Under the pieces are notes generated by a model. The model did not search any database. It saw only the letters and a list, made by a program, of their open reading frames with translations, and had not been told where the DNA came from. Below are positions 53,119 to 62,238 of a stretch of 64,000 bases of DNA, piece after piece. This stretch comes from an uncultured Verrucomicrobiae bacterium (GTDB taxonomy: Bacteria > Verrucomicrobiota > Verrucomicrobiia > Limisphaerales > UBA11358): contig CAVXRE010000013.1 in NCBI GenBank assembly GCA_963764175.1, positions 193,768 through 257,767 on the forward strand. The letters are read 5' to 3'. How positions within the stretch are numbered: position 1 is the stretch's first letter; each line of letters opens with the position of its first letter. Both the position numbers and the translations under genes were made by a program.

Positions 53119-53376
53119 ATGAAATGTGAAACCACGAACACCGTTTTGACCTTCGTGCTGGGCGTGCTCGCGCTGCTGGGCGTGATCTTCGCGCTGCAAA
53201 CCATTTTCCGCACGCGGGAGTTTCGCTCGCTGAACCTGCAAGCGACCGTCGCCAACAATACCTTCCTGCGGATCCAGTCCCTGGCAAATGACGTGCAGGT
53301 TTACAACCAGAAAAATCTAAGCCCGGAACTCACCCGTATTCTTCAAGCCGCCGAGACCAAACCCGCCACCCGCTGA
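53119..53376 (+). CDS. Small single-TM protein, unknown function
   Basis: 85 aa from the ATG at 53119, with the [20 protein letters not shown] followed by a helical tail. Confidence 0.5.
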   Translation: MKCETTNTVLTFVLGVLALLGVIFALQTIFRTREFRSLNLQATVANNTFLRIQSLANDVQVYNQKNLSPELTRILQAAETKPATR

Positions 53377-53381
53377 CCGCC

Positions 53382-53714
53382 ATGAACGAGCCTGAAATGA
53401 ATTCTCCCGCCTTCTCCGATTTGAGCGGGCAGTTGGCCGCCTTGCAACGGCAGGTTTTCACGCTGTTGCTCGCGCTGATTGTCGTCAGCGGCACGCTCAC
53501 CGTTTTTTTGTACCGGCAGGCCAGTCTCACGGCCAAGGACATCGCGACCATCAAGCCGCAGGCGCAACAGATCATTCAGGCGTACAGGCAAAAGCTGCCA
53601 GCCATGCAGACTTTCGTGGAACAGCTCACCGCCTACGCGCAGACGCATCCCGATTTCCGTCCCATTCTCCAAAAAAACGGCTTCAATCCGGCGGCGACCC
53701 TGCCTAAGAAGTAG
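53382..53714 (+). CDS. Small single-TM protein, unknown function
   Basis: 110 aa with the TM VFTLLLALIVVSGTLTVFL. It has the same architecture as the preceding ORF and a 5-nt spacing from it. Confidence 0.5.
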   Translation: MNEPEMNSPAFSDLSGQLAALQRQVFTLLLALIVVSGTLTVFLYRQASLTAKDIATIKPQAQQIIQAYRQKLPAMQTFVEQLTAYAQTHPDFRPILQKNGFNPAATLPKK

Positions 53715-54129
53715 GCGCCACCAGTTTCGCACCGCAGTTCGGGCAATAATTCGATTGCGGTGGACAACTCCGGCCGCAACCCGGACAGTCTGAATGCGCC
53801 TTCTTGTAACGATAGTGGATGACCAGATTTCGCGTGTAGGGAATCCAGGTGAACAAATAGGCGAAAATAAAAACCGAATCCTGCTGGTGGATTGAGTAAC
53901 AGAGAAAAGTCAGCGAGCCGACAAGGCTCAACCACCAGAACGCCTGCGGCACCACGACCCGCCTCTTTTTTTCCGTTGCATACCATTGCACCAGAAAACG
54001 CGACGAAAAAATCACGTTGCCCAGCCAGCCGACGACTTTCCAGACGCTCCACTCGATGCCGAATAATTTGTCGTTGTGCCAGATGAAGTCTTGCCAGACG
54101 AGATGAATCAGCCAGTCCATATTGGGCAC
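53704..54129 (-). CDS. Lipid-A-disaccharide-synthase N-terminal (LAB_N) domain membrane protein with C-terminal zinc ribbon
   Basis: GWLGNVIFSSRFLVQWYATEKKRRVVVPQAFWWLSLVGS matches the LAB_N pattern. The C-terminus CPGCGRSCPPQSNYCPNCG is a zinc ribbon. Confidence 0.7.
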   Translation of the reverse strand: MPNMDWLIHLVWQDFIWHNDKLFGIEWSVWKVVGWLGNVIFSSRFLVQWYATEKKRRVVVPQAFWWLSLVGSLTFLCYSIHQQDSVFIFAYLFTWIPYTRNLVIHYRYKKAHSDCPGCGRSCPPQSNYCPNCGAKLVAPTS

Positions 54130-54203
54130 AGCTTAGGCGACCGCTGACCGGATTTGGAGACAAATTATCCCCATCTTTCATCTGCCATTTTCAGTCTTCC
54201 TAT

Positions 54204-54416
54204 TCATCCGCCCGCGACGATTTTCACAATTTCCAGCCGGTCGCCGGCGTTGAGCCGGCGTCTGGAAAATTCGGAAGGCGCAACCGCCTCGCCGTTGTGC
54301 TCCACGACCACGCTGCGCGGCAACAGGCTTTGCGCAACCAGAAATTCCTCAATCGAACACGGCAGCTTCGCCTCTACAGACTTTCCGTTAGCAATGATTT
54401 GTTTTTGCGAAGGCAT
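54204..54416 (-). CDS. thiS: Sulfur carrier protein ThiS
   Basis: 70 aa from the ATG at 54416, ubiquitin-like, ending ...GDRLEIVKIVAGG. Confidence 0.8.
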   Translation of the reverse strand: MPSQKQIIANGKSVEAKLPCSIEEFLVAQSLLPRSVVVEHNGEAVAPSEFSRRRLNAGDRLEIVKIVAGG

Positions 54417-55257
54417 TTCTTTTTGCAAATTCCTTAAGCGTCTTAATGGCGTCCGGCTCTCCATTTGCCGCAGACTTCTTCAACCAACAAAAAGCAAGCT
54501 GTCTGCTTTGTTTGACACCCTCACCGTCCCGATAACACAACCCTAGACAGTATTGGGCATACGGGTCTTCTTTCGCGGCCAGCCGATAATGCTTCAACGC
54601 CCTTTTAAGATTCTTCCTTACCCCAACTCCATCATGAAAACACATACCGACATATGTATTAGCTTCGGCGTTACCAAACCATGCAGCTTTCCAAAACCAT
54701 TCGAAAGCTCGTCGCAGATTGGTTCGCACTCCGCGAGCCCACCAATAAGAATGGCCTATCCAGAATAACGAGCGGGCATGATTTCGCGCCGCAGCTTTCC
54801 GAAACCATATCAGTGATTCGTGGTAATTTTTCTTCACTCCCTTTCCAAACTGATACGAAAGACCCAAGTTTGATAAAGCCCTCACCTGCCCTTGTGCTGC
54901 CGCCTTTCGATACCAATAAATTGCTTTCGGCCTGTCTCGTTTGATGTGTTCGCCATAAAATAATTGATAACCGATGCTTACTTGCGCGTTTGGTTCTCCT
55001 CGTTTGGCGGCGAGTAATAGAAGTTTGATTCCCAGCTTCAGATTGCGCCTTACTCCATGCCCGTCTCGATAACATTCGCCAAGCAAGTTTTGTGCTTCCA
55101 CATTTCCCATTTCTGCGGCGCGACGATACCAATCTACCTCGTGGCGAAAACTCCTTGGACGTTCAAAACCGAAACTCCGTGCGAGTTCGAGAGCCGCAAC
55201 CGCATCGTTTTCGGCTCTCGCCTGTAAGCATTTTCTTTTTTGTAGTGTCCTATCCAT
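54388..55257 (-). CDS. Sel1-repeat (TPR-like) protein
   Basis: About 7 tandem Sel1 units (for example AIYWYRKAAAQGQVRALSNLGLSYQFGKGVKKN). GC is lower (~48% by hand count). It sits between thiH and thiS. Confidence 0.8.
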   Translation of the reverse strand: MDRTLQKRKCLQARAENDAVAALELARSFGFERPRSFRHEVDWYRRAAEMGNVEAQNLLGECYRDGHGVRRNLKLGIKLLLLAAKRGEPNAQVSIGYQLFYGEHIKRDRPKAIYWYRKAAAQGQVRALSNLGLSYQFGKGVKKNYHESLIWFRKAAARNHARSLFWIGHSYWWARGVRTNLRRAFEWFWKAAWFGNAEANTYVGMCFHDGVGVRKNLKRALKHYRLAAKEDPYAQYCLGLCYRDGEGVKQSRQLAFCWLKKSAANGEPDAIKTLKEFAKRNAFAKTNHC

Positions 55258-55266
55258 TCCGCTTAA

Positions 55267-56469
55267 TCATGCCGTCAGCGCCGCGTCCCAATCCTTCCAC
55301 ACCGGTTCGTAGCCGAGTTTGCGAATCAGATCCGCCACTTCCTGCGACGAGCGTTCATCGGCAATTTGAAATTGCCCGGTCGCGTTCGTCGCATTTTCCG
55401 GCGCGGTCGCCCATTCGCTCGCGCCGGACGCCAGCTCCACAATCCGCCCGCGCACGGTTTGATGGATTTTTTCCCTGCCCGCGCCGGTGTAACCGCCCGG
55501 CTCGGTGTGGCTCCCCGCGCTCATCATCGTGATGCCCAGCGGAATCAGCCCGTCGCGCAGCTTCGCCGGTTCGCGCGTCGAAAGCACCAGCCCGACATCG
55601 GGGAACATCAGGCGGAACGCGCAGACCAGTTGCGCGAGGTCGCGGTCGGTCATGTGCGTGAGCGGCTGGAACTCGCCCGCGCATGGACGCAGCCGCGGCA
55701 GAGAAATCGTCAATTGCGCCTTCCAGCAATTCCGCAGCAAATAATCCGCATGCGCCGCCACGCTGACGGCTTCAAACCGCCAGTCGGCCAGCCCATAAAG
55801 CGGGCTTATGCCGAGCCGGCGGAAACCGGCGGCGTAGGCGCGCTCCGGCGTTTCGAGCCGCCAGTCAAAATTCCGCTTCGGCCCGGCGGTGTGCATGTCC
55901 GCATAAATTTTGCGGTCATAAGTTTCCTGATAAACCACCAGCCCGTCCGCGCCCGCTTCGACCAGCGGACGATAATCCGCCGTTTCCATCGGCCCGACTT
56001 CGAGCGAGATGCCGGGCCAGCCGGAATGCAGCGCGGCGATGCAATCGCGCAGGTAATTGTTCGAGACAAATTTTGGATGTTCGCCCGCGACGAGCAGGAG
56101 GTTTCGGAATCCCTGCGATTTGAGTTCCGCCGCCTCGCGTTTGACTTCGTCGAGCGACAGCGTCACGCGCAGGATCGGGTTGTCGCGGGAAAAACCGCAG
56201 TATTGGCAGTTGTTGACGCACTCGTTGGAAAGGTAAAGCGGCGCGAACAACCGGATGACCTTGCCGAACCGCTGCTGCGTCATCGTGTGCGAGCGCCGGC
56301 CCATGTGCTCCAGAAATCCAGCCGCCGCCGGTGAAATCAGGCTCGCAAAATCGGCCAATGACAACTTCGGCTTTGCCAGGCTTTCACGGACCGAACCGGC
56401 GCCGGCTTCCAGCGATCTTTGCGCCAGCGACTGCGCCGGCAACGAATTGAACTCGGAGACAAAACTCAC
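55267..56469 (-). CDS. thiH: 2-iminoacetate synthase ThiH (radical SAM)
   Basis: CxxxCxxC (CVNNCQYCGF), with LISPAAAGFLEHM aligning to the E. coli ThiH N-terminus. That alignment favours the GTG at 56469 over the track start at 56592. Confidence 0.85.
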   Translation of the reverse strand: MSFVSEFNSLPAQSLAQRSLEAGAGSVRESLAKPKLSLADFASLISPAAAGFLEHMGRRSHTMTQQRFGKVIRLFAPLYLSNECVNNCQYCGFSRDNPILRVTLSLDEVKREAAELKSQGFRNLLLVAGEHPKFVSNNYLRDCIAALHSGWPGISLEVGPMETADYRPLVEAGADGLVVYQETYDRKIYADMHTAGPKRNFDWRLETPERAYAAGFRRLGISPLYGLADWRFEAVSVAAHADYLLRNCWKAQLTISLPRLRPCAGEFQPLTHMTDRDLAQLVCAFRLMFPDVGLVLSTREPAKLRDGLIPLGITMMSAGSHTEPGGYTGAGREKIHQTVRGRIVELASGASEWATAPENATNATGQFQIADERSSQEVADLIRKLGYEPVWKDWDAALTA

Positions 56470-56609
56470 AAAACACAAGGTAACAAAACGGCGGGCAAAG
56501 TCGAGGCGAGCTTGGCATTGCACATCGCATCCGATTCGTGAAACATGGACGCGCAGCGGAATTTCACATGGCACGCAAAATTTCAGAGCCACGGCAAAGC
56601 ACGGCGTTC

Positions 56610-57848
56610 ATGATTCTCGGCGTCGGCTCGTTCGCGCACAGCATCGGACAGGCGCTGGCGGACGCGGGCGCAAACGTCTCGACCTATCTCACCCGCAATT
56701 ACGGCCATTTCCCGCCGTCGCTCGCCGGGCCGGTCTTTTCGCGCGACTCGTTTCCCAGTCCGGTTCCGCTGATCAGGAAAACCGGCGTTGACGTTGTCAT
56801 TCCGCAGTCCATTGACTGGGCGCTGGCCCCGTGGGCGGAGGATTTGCTGGAATCGGGCGCCGGTATTTTCAGCCCCACACGCGAGGCGATGCGCATCGAG
56901 CGCGAACGGGATTTCGCCCGCAAGCTGTGCGCCGACTTCAGAATTCCGTTCCCGCAGGCTTACGTGGCGTCGAACCGGCTGGAGGCCGAAAAAATCCTGG
57001 CAAATCATCCGCAGCCGTTCGTCATCAAAAATCCGCTCTGCTCGCCGGCCAGCCCGATTCACACCATCTTGTGCGAGACGGTCGAGGACACGCGTGCGTG
57101 GCTCCGGCACGTGAATTATGCCGAGGGCGTTTTTTTGCAGGAATATCTCGGGCGCGCTGAGATCGGGCACATCGCGCTGGTGAGCGGCGGCGAAATTTAT
57201 CCGCTCGTCACAAACCAGGAATACAAATACGCCTTCGACGGCAACCAGGGCATCGTCGCCGGCGCGCCGCTTGGCGGTCTGGTCGAACGCGACGAAAACG
57301 ACAAATACAGTTTGGCGCGGCAGCTCATCCATCCACTTCTGCCGTGGCTGCGCAAATCCAGGTTCAACGGCCCGTTGCAGGTCACCGCCGTAAAGCGCGG
57401 CGGCAAATGGCATGTCATCGAATACAACATTCGCATCGGCGTCACCTCCGGTCCGATGATTTTGCGGATGCTCAAAAATCCGGCGGAAATTATTTTGCGG
57501 ACCGCGCGGAACCAAAAACTGGAATTGCAGTTCAACGAAAAATTGAACTTCGGCTGTTCACTCACGCTGGCGGGTTACGGCTATCCATTCACGCAGGTGC
57601 GCAGCCCGCATCTGCCGCTGGAAACGGATGGCAAATTTGATTGCGACGTGTGGTGGAACGAGGTCGCGAGCGGCGCGGACGGCAAATTGATTGCCACGGG
57701 CCATCGCATCGCGGACGTGATTGTGCTGGCGCCAAAGCTCGACGCGGCCATTGCGAGGGCTTACGCGAACATCCGCAAAATCCGCGTCGTGGGCAGTTAT
57801 TTCCGGACGGACGTCGGACAAAGTTTATGGCCGCCGGGATCGATTTGA
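56610..57848 (+). CDS. Divergent PurD-like ATP-grasp protein (phosphoribosylamine-glycine ligase family)
   Basis: PurD-like order of elements (MILGVGSFAHS; IFSPTREAMRIERERDFARKL; PFVIKNP; NQEYKYAFDGNQG), but the canonical GLAAGKGV and GPNTGGMG motifs are not conserved. Confidence 0.6.
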   Translation: MILGVGSFAHSIGQALADAGANVSTYLTRNYGHFPPSLAGPVFSRDSFPSPVPLIRKTGVDVVIPQSIDWALAPWAEDLLESGAGIFSPTREAMRIERERDFARKLCADFRIPFPQAYVASNRLEAEKILANHPQPFVIKNPLCSPASPIHTILCETVEDTRAWLRHVNYAEGVFLQEYLGRAEIGHIALVSGGEIYPLVTNQEYKYAFDGNQGIVAGAPLGGLVERDENDKYSLARQLIHPLLPWLRKSRFNGPLQVTAVKRGGKWHVIEYNIRIGVTSGPMILRMLKNPAEIILRTARNQKLELQFNEKLNFGCSLTLAGYGYPFTQVRSPHLPLETDGKFDCDVWWNEVASGADGKLIATGHRIADVIVLAPKLDAAIARAYANIRKIRVVGSYFRTDVGQSLWPPGSI

Positions 57849-57851
57849 ATC

Positions 57852-58361
57852 ATGAGAAGTCAACTTGGAAAAGAATGTCGAAAACTCTTTCGCAAAATGA
57901 TGGCGGTTGAGTTTCCAGATTACAAAGAGCACAAGGGCCAAATTGTTCCACAGGGATGGTATGTTTGGAGAAACCAGCATCAATCGGGATTATTTTTTTG
58001 GATTTTTTTGGTGATTCATCATTCAAGGGAGGAATTTACAACAGAGGCTGGTTGGAGCTTTGATGCAAAAAAACCTCCATGGACAATGATTGGCCGTGAA
58101 GAAATGGGAACTGTCCTATCGAAACCATTGGCATTCCGCACCTGCCGCTTGTGGTGTCAAGACAACTGGGGATATTGGTGGAAATTGGTATTACATCCTG
58201 AAGAGTATGAACGCGCTATTCTTTACAAAGATGACCCGATTGAAGATTGCCTGCCGTTAGTTTCTCCGGCAGTTTGGGAAGCTGGAGAAAAATTAAAGGA
58301 ATATGTGATTCCGGTTTTTGAAGAAATTGTGCAAAGGCACGGTTCGATTCGACCAAAATAA
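57852..58361 (+). CDS. Hypothetical cytoplasmic protein (low GC orphan)
   Basis: 169 aa, Trp-rich, without signal peptide or TM. One 60-nt line counted ~35% GC. It starts 4 nt after the PurD-like stop. Confidence 0.5.
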   Translation: MRSQLGKECRKLFRKMMAVEFPDYKEHKGQIVPQGWYVWRNQHQSGLFFWIFLVIHHSREEFTTEAGWSFDAKKPPWTMIGREEMGTVLSKPLAFRTCRLWCQDNWGYWWKLVLHPEEYERAILYKDDPIEDCLPLVSPAVWEAGEKLKEYVIPVFEEIVQRHGSIRPK

Positions 58362-58405
58362 TTCTTCATGTCAATTTGTATCCGTCGCGATCAAAATATT
58401 TCATT

Positions 58406-60091
58406 TTATTGATTCTTCAGCAGCTCGGCCTTGTGTTCGAAAATCCCCGCGCGTCCGGCGTTGTCAACGGACTTGAAATACACGGCAAGCTTGTAGTCCA
58501 AGTCCCGTTCAATGGTTTCGCGTTTGACCGGCGCCGTGGTCCAAACAAAACCCAGCGCCGCCAAAAGGGCCAGGAAGGCGATGGATGCCGGCAGATTTTC
58601 CCATGCCAGACCCAGCGGGCTGCGAATCAAGTCGTATCCGATAAGCCCGACGAACAAACCCAGCCCGCCATACAACAGCCATATGGAATTTCGCAAAAGC
58701 CATTGCGAGACGGCGGTGAAACGCCCGGTGACGTGCGCGTCCGCCGCCGGCAGGCACACTGCGGGCAAAATGGTCTGGAGTTTTGCGTTGCGCAACACCC
58801 TCAAGGCCTTTTCCGGACTGGGGCGAACGGTGGGCGGTTCGAGCAAATCATGTTCGTTGCCGGTGGCCATGAAAGTCTGGACGCGCTCCTCGGCCACCAA
58901 GTTCATCATGCGGGTAGGCAGCAAAAGTTCGTCCACGACGATGTGTGAGATGCGGCAAAGGCCGGCGCAAATCACGGCGGAAAAAATGAGCGGCGGGAGC
59001 AGTGCGAATTTTGTGGAAAATGCTCCGTGCAGCCAGAATTGCGCGAGCAGCCACGAAGCGAAAAGACTGGCGATGACAAAAACATTCAAGATGTCCAGGT
59101 AGCGGCTGATCGGGAAAACATCACCATAATTTGCGCGCCCAAAGGCGAGCGCGGCTGATTGCAGCAGGCTCCACAGCCCCAGCCCCAGCAGCAATTCAGC
59201 CGCCCGTGATTCCTGAAAATTTTGCCGAAAATACAAGACAAGCAGCAAAACAAACGGCAGGAAAATGAAACACGCCAGTCCCGGAGCGTCAAAAAACAGC
59301 CAGGTTAGATTGCGCATCAGCGCCGAGGCAAATTCCATCAACGAATGCGCCTGCAATGGACGGCCCACGTCCGTTGAAACGCGGAGGGCCAGACCCAAAC
59401 CAAACACGGCCAGGCAGGAAACAAGCGTGATTAAATTTCCCTTTTCCAACCGCCGATTTTTTGCAGCGCGCAAAACCGCCAACCCGCCGACGGCCACGGG
59501 AGCCAGCAAACCCGAAGCCATGGTAAACAGGCCCATGACCGCCACGGCCAATCCGAGCCACCACCACCGGCTGCCCGGCCTCGCAAACCCCAGCGCAACC
59601 ACTGTCGCCAATGAAAATATGTCCAGCATGTACTCAAGCGTGATCGCCCAAATGGCGTTTTCCCCGGCGTAGGGCAACGCGAAAAATGGCGCCAGCAGAA
59701 GACAGACGAACCATCCGTTTTTTCGACCCAGAAAATCCCACAAACAAAATGCCAGTCCGCAAACAAACGCCGTGTGGATGAATGCGTTGACCGTCATTTG
59801 CAACAAGGGTTCCCAGCGCCCGTTCAATTGGATGACGATCAAATCAAGCAGGCGCGTGAAGACAATCCTATGTCCATTGTCAGGCTCAAAGAGGGCATGC
59901 CAAGTGAAATGACCCTCCACCCAGGGCCGGAAGAAATCGTCGGCTTCATACCACTGGTCCCATAACGGCAGGGGCGACCCATAAAGCTGCACCACCCGGA
60001 GTTTTGCGCCCAGCACGACCAAAAACAACGCCGCAAGCCAGAGACTGAAACTTTTGAACGAGGCGCGAGGCGGGTTCATTGTCGAGGTCAT
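58406..60091 (-). CDS. Polytopic membrane protein (561 aa), possibly GT-C-like
   Basis: The real start is MTSTMNPPRASFKSF at 60091 (in frame with the 959-aa track ORF). It has more than 12 TM helices and an acidic first loop (LPLWDQWYEADDFF). Confidence 0.6.
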   Translation of the reverse strand: MTSTMNPPRASFKSFSLWLAALFLVVLGAKLRVVQLYGSPLPLWDQWYEADDFFRPWVEGHFTWHALFEPDNGHRIVFTRLLDLIVIQLNGRWEPLLQMTVNAFIHTAFVCGLAFCLWDFLGRKNGWFVCLLLAPFFALPYAGENAIWAITLEYMLDIFSLATVVALGFARPGSRWWWLGLAVAVMGLFTMASGLLAPVAVGGLAVLRAAKNRRLEKGNLITLVSCLAVFGLGLALRVSTDVGRPLQAHSLMEFASALMRNLTWLFFDAPGLACFIFLPFVLLLVLYFRQNFQESRAAELLLGLGLWSLLQSAALAFGRANYGDVFPISRYLDILNVFVIASLFASWLLAQFWLHGAFSTKFALLPPLIFSAVICAGLCRISHIVVDELLLPTRMMNLVAEERVQTFMATGNEHDLLEPPTVRPSPEKALRVLRNAKLQTILPAVCLPAADAHVTGRFTAVSQWLLRNSIWLLYGGLGLFVGLIGYDLIRSPLGLAWENLPASIAFLALLAALGFVWTTAPVKRETIERDLDYKLAVYFKSVDNAGRAGIFEHKAELLKNQ

Positions 60092-60180
60092 GGCGATAAA
60101 CCTTGCTGGCAGCGAGACTAATTCAAATTCATGACGACGCAAGTCCGCAAACCAACCTTGTTTCCCGGTTTGGTGGCGCC

Positions 60181-60218
60181 GGATTTTTCGTGTCTTTTGG
60201 GTTGATTCGTGGTTAAAC
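60181..60218. repeat. REP-like element upstream of alr
   Basis: ggatttttcgtgtcttttgggttgattcgtggttaaac. It is in the same orientation relative to the downstream start codon as the copy at 52659-52697. Confidence 0.55.
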
Positions 60219-60232
60219 AGTTCCTGAAGTTT

Positions 60233-61414
60233 ATGGATTTTGATTCGACCATTTTTCCGTTGCGGCCGGCGTGGGTGGAGATTGACCTCGCGCGGCTGCG
60301 AAACAACCTGCGCCTCATCCGCCGCGACCTGCCGCGTCATGTACAGTTGATGGCCGTGGTGAAGGACGAGGCTTATGGACACGGCGCGCTCGACGCGGCG
60401 CGCATCGCGCTCGAGGAAGGCGCGTGGGGCCTGGGCTTGAGCACGCTCGAAGAAGCGATGACGCTGCGTGAGGCGGGCATCACGGCGCCATTGCTGTTGC
60501 TGGGTGAACGGCAGGAAGCCGAACTGCCCTGGTGCGTGGAGCACGACCTGACCGTCTGCATCAACGGACCCCACACCGTCCGCAAGCTCGCGAGCATCGC
60601 CGCCGCACATGACAAGCGCGTACCGGTGCATCTGAAAATCCACACGGGCATGAGCCGCTTCGGCGCGCGCTGGGACGAAGCCGTGCCGCTCATCGAACAA
60701 ATTGCCGCCGAAAAATCGTTGCTGCTCGAAGGCGTGATGACGCACTTCGCGCAATCGGACGAAACGGACAAGACCTTCGCCAATCTCCAGTTCTCGCGCT
60801 TCAACGAAGTCCTGAGCGCGATGGAACAGCGGAAAGTTTCCGCGAAGCTGCGGCACACCTGCAACAGCGGAGGGTTTCTCGATCTGCCGCATGCGCATCT
60901 CGACATGGTGCGCGTGGGGATTTTGATGTATGGCGTTTTCCCGTCGTCCGTGTGCCGCCGGATTCCGGGCATCGAACCGGTCATGTCGGTCAAGGCGCGC
61001 ATCGCAGCCATTCAAAAATTGAAACCGGGCGAGGTTGTCGGTTACGGCATGCGCTACACGGCGCCATCCGAGCGGCGGATTGCGGTGTTGCCCATCGGTT
61101 ACGGCGACGGTTTCCCGCGCGTGCGCAACACCGGCGGCGCGCTCATCCACGGCCGGCGCGCCCCGCTCATCGGCGGCATCGCCATGGACGCGCTGATGGT
61201 GGACATCACGGAGATTCCCGAAGCGCAAACATGGGACGAGGCCGTGCTGATGGGGAAACAGGGCAACGAGGAAATCACCGTGCATGACATCGCGAAATTG
61301 AAAAACTCGGTGAGCTACGACGTGCTGACGAACTGGCGTCTGCGGTTGCGGAGAAAATCAGTGAACGGCGAAATCAAACCCGCTCGACCACTTGAAACTG
61401 CGGCAGCGAGATAA
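60233..61414 (+). CDS. alr: Alanine racemase
   Basis: PLP-lysine motif AVVKDEAYGHG and a C-terminal beta-domain pattern. ATG at 60233 (MDFDSTIFPLRPAWVEIDL). Confidence 0.9.
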   Translation: MDFDSTIFPLRPAWVEIDLARLRNNLRLIRRDLPRHVQLMAVVKDEAYGHGALDAARIALEEGAWGLGLSTLEEAMTLREAGITAPLLLLGERQEAELPWCVEHDLTVCINGPHTVRKLASIAAAHDKRVPVHLKIHTGMSRFGARWDEAVPLIEQIAAEKSLLLEGVMTHFAQSDETDKTFANLQFSRFNEVLSAMEQRKVSAKLRHTCNSGGFLDLPHAHLDMVRVGILMYGVFPSSVCRRIPGIEPVMSVKARIAAIQKLKPGEVVGYGMRYTAPSERRIAVLPIGYGDGFPRVRNTGGALIHGRRAPLIGGIAMDALMVDITEIPEAQTWDEAVLMGKQGNEEITVHDIAKLKNSVSYDVLTNWRLRLRRKSVNGEIKPARPLETAAAR

Positions 61415-61434
61415 TTTTTCACCACGGATGAGCA

Positions 61435-62238
61435 ATGAAGCTGCTTTTCTCCGAACAAAATTCCGATTACGAGCATTACCAGTTTCCCTACGCCATCTGG
61501 GCCGTGCCGGAGGAAGGTGAAACGCCGTCGGACATTTTCAATGCGGGATTCCTGCCGTCGTCGCGCAATCTTGACCGCTTTTATCTCTGCCGGCAGGTGC
61601 GCGTGAACCTCGCGAAATTCAAACCGTCATCAGAGAACCGCCGCATTTTGCGCAAGGGCGCGGGCATCGAGGTGAAGCTTGTGCCGCGCGACAAATATGA
61701 TTACACGCCCGAGCGCCGCCAGTTTTTCAAGACCTACGCGGACATCAAATTTGGCAAGGACGTGATGACGTTTGAGCGGCTCGACGCGCTGTTCGGTTCG
61801 CCGATCATCTCGCACCTGCTGGTGTTCACGGACGCGAAGACGGGCACGGAAGTCGGCGTGGCGACGCTTTACATCGAAGGCAGGGAGCTGGCCTATTATT
61901 ACTACGCGTTCTACGACCTGAATTATTACGCGCGCAATCTGGGCATGTTCATGATGACCTCGGCGGTGGCGCTGTTCGCCGAACGCGGCTTCAAGCAGTT
62001 CTACCTCGGCACGTGTTATTCGCAGACGGCGCTGTATAAAACACAATTTGCCGGCGCGGAATTTTTCAACGGCTTCCGCTGGTCGGATGATCTTGACGAG
62101 TTGAAATTCATCATCCGCCGTGACAAAAAGGAATTGGACCAACACTTGTTGGAAACCGAGGAATACCGCGATGAATTTTACAAGGGCGATATTGGCAAAA
62201 TCGCCGGGGCAAGCGCATTCCGGGTGAAAGTTAAGTAA
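61435..62238 (+). CDS. ATE_C-like aminoacyl-tRNA-protein transferase family protein (Bpt/Ate1-related)
   Basis: AYYYYAFYDLNYYARNLGMFMMTSAVALFAERGFKQFYLGTCYSQTALYKTQF resembles the C-terminal arginyl/leucyl transferase domain. The N-terminal Cys motif is absent. Confidence 0.5.
   Translation: MKLLFSEQNSDYEHYQFPYAIWAVPEEGETPSDIFNAGFLPSSRNLDRFYLCRQVRVNLAKFKPSSENRRILRKGAGIEVKLVPRDKYDYTPERRQFFKTYADIKFGKDVMTFERLDALFGSPIISHLLVFTDAKTGTEVGVATLYIEGRELAYYYYAFYDLNYYARNLGMFMMTSAVALFAERGFKQFYLGTCYSQTALYKTQFAGAEFFNGFRWSDDLDELKFIIRRDKKELDQHLLETEEYRDEFYKGDIGKIAGASAFRVKVK

Noticed and set aside
56470-56609. Possible TPP (THI-box) riboswitch in the thiH leader
   Set aside because: A riboswitch is expected for a thiH-thiS operon, and fragments exist (GCUCUGAAA, GGAU...AAUGCCAAGC). 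However, the conserved CUGAGA and ACCUGAUCUGGAUAAUGCCAGCG cores are not matched well enough by eye. It needs an Infernal/Rfam scan (RF00059) before any call.
60092-61285. N-terminal 398 codons of the 959-aa ORF 58406..61285
   Set aside because: It is antisense to alanine racemase and translates a REP-like element (NHESTQKTRKIRRH). A convincing start with a TM protein follows at 60091.
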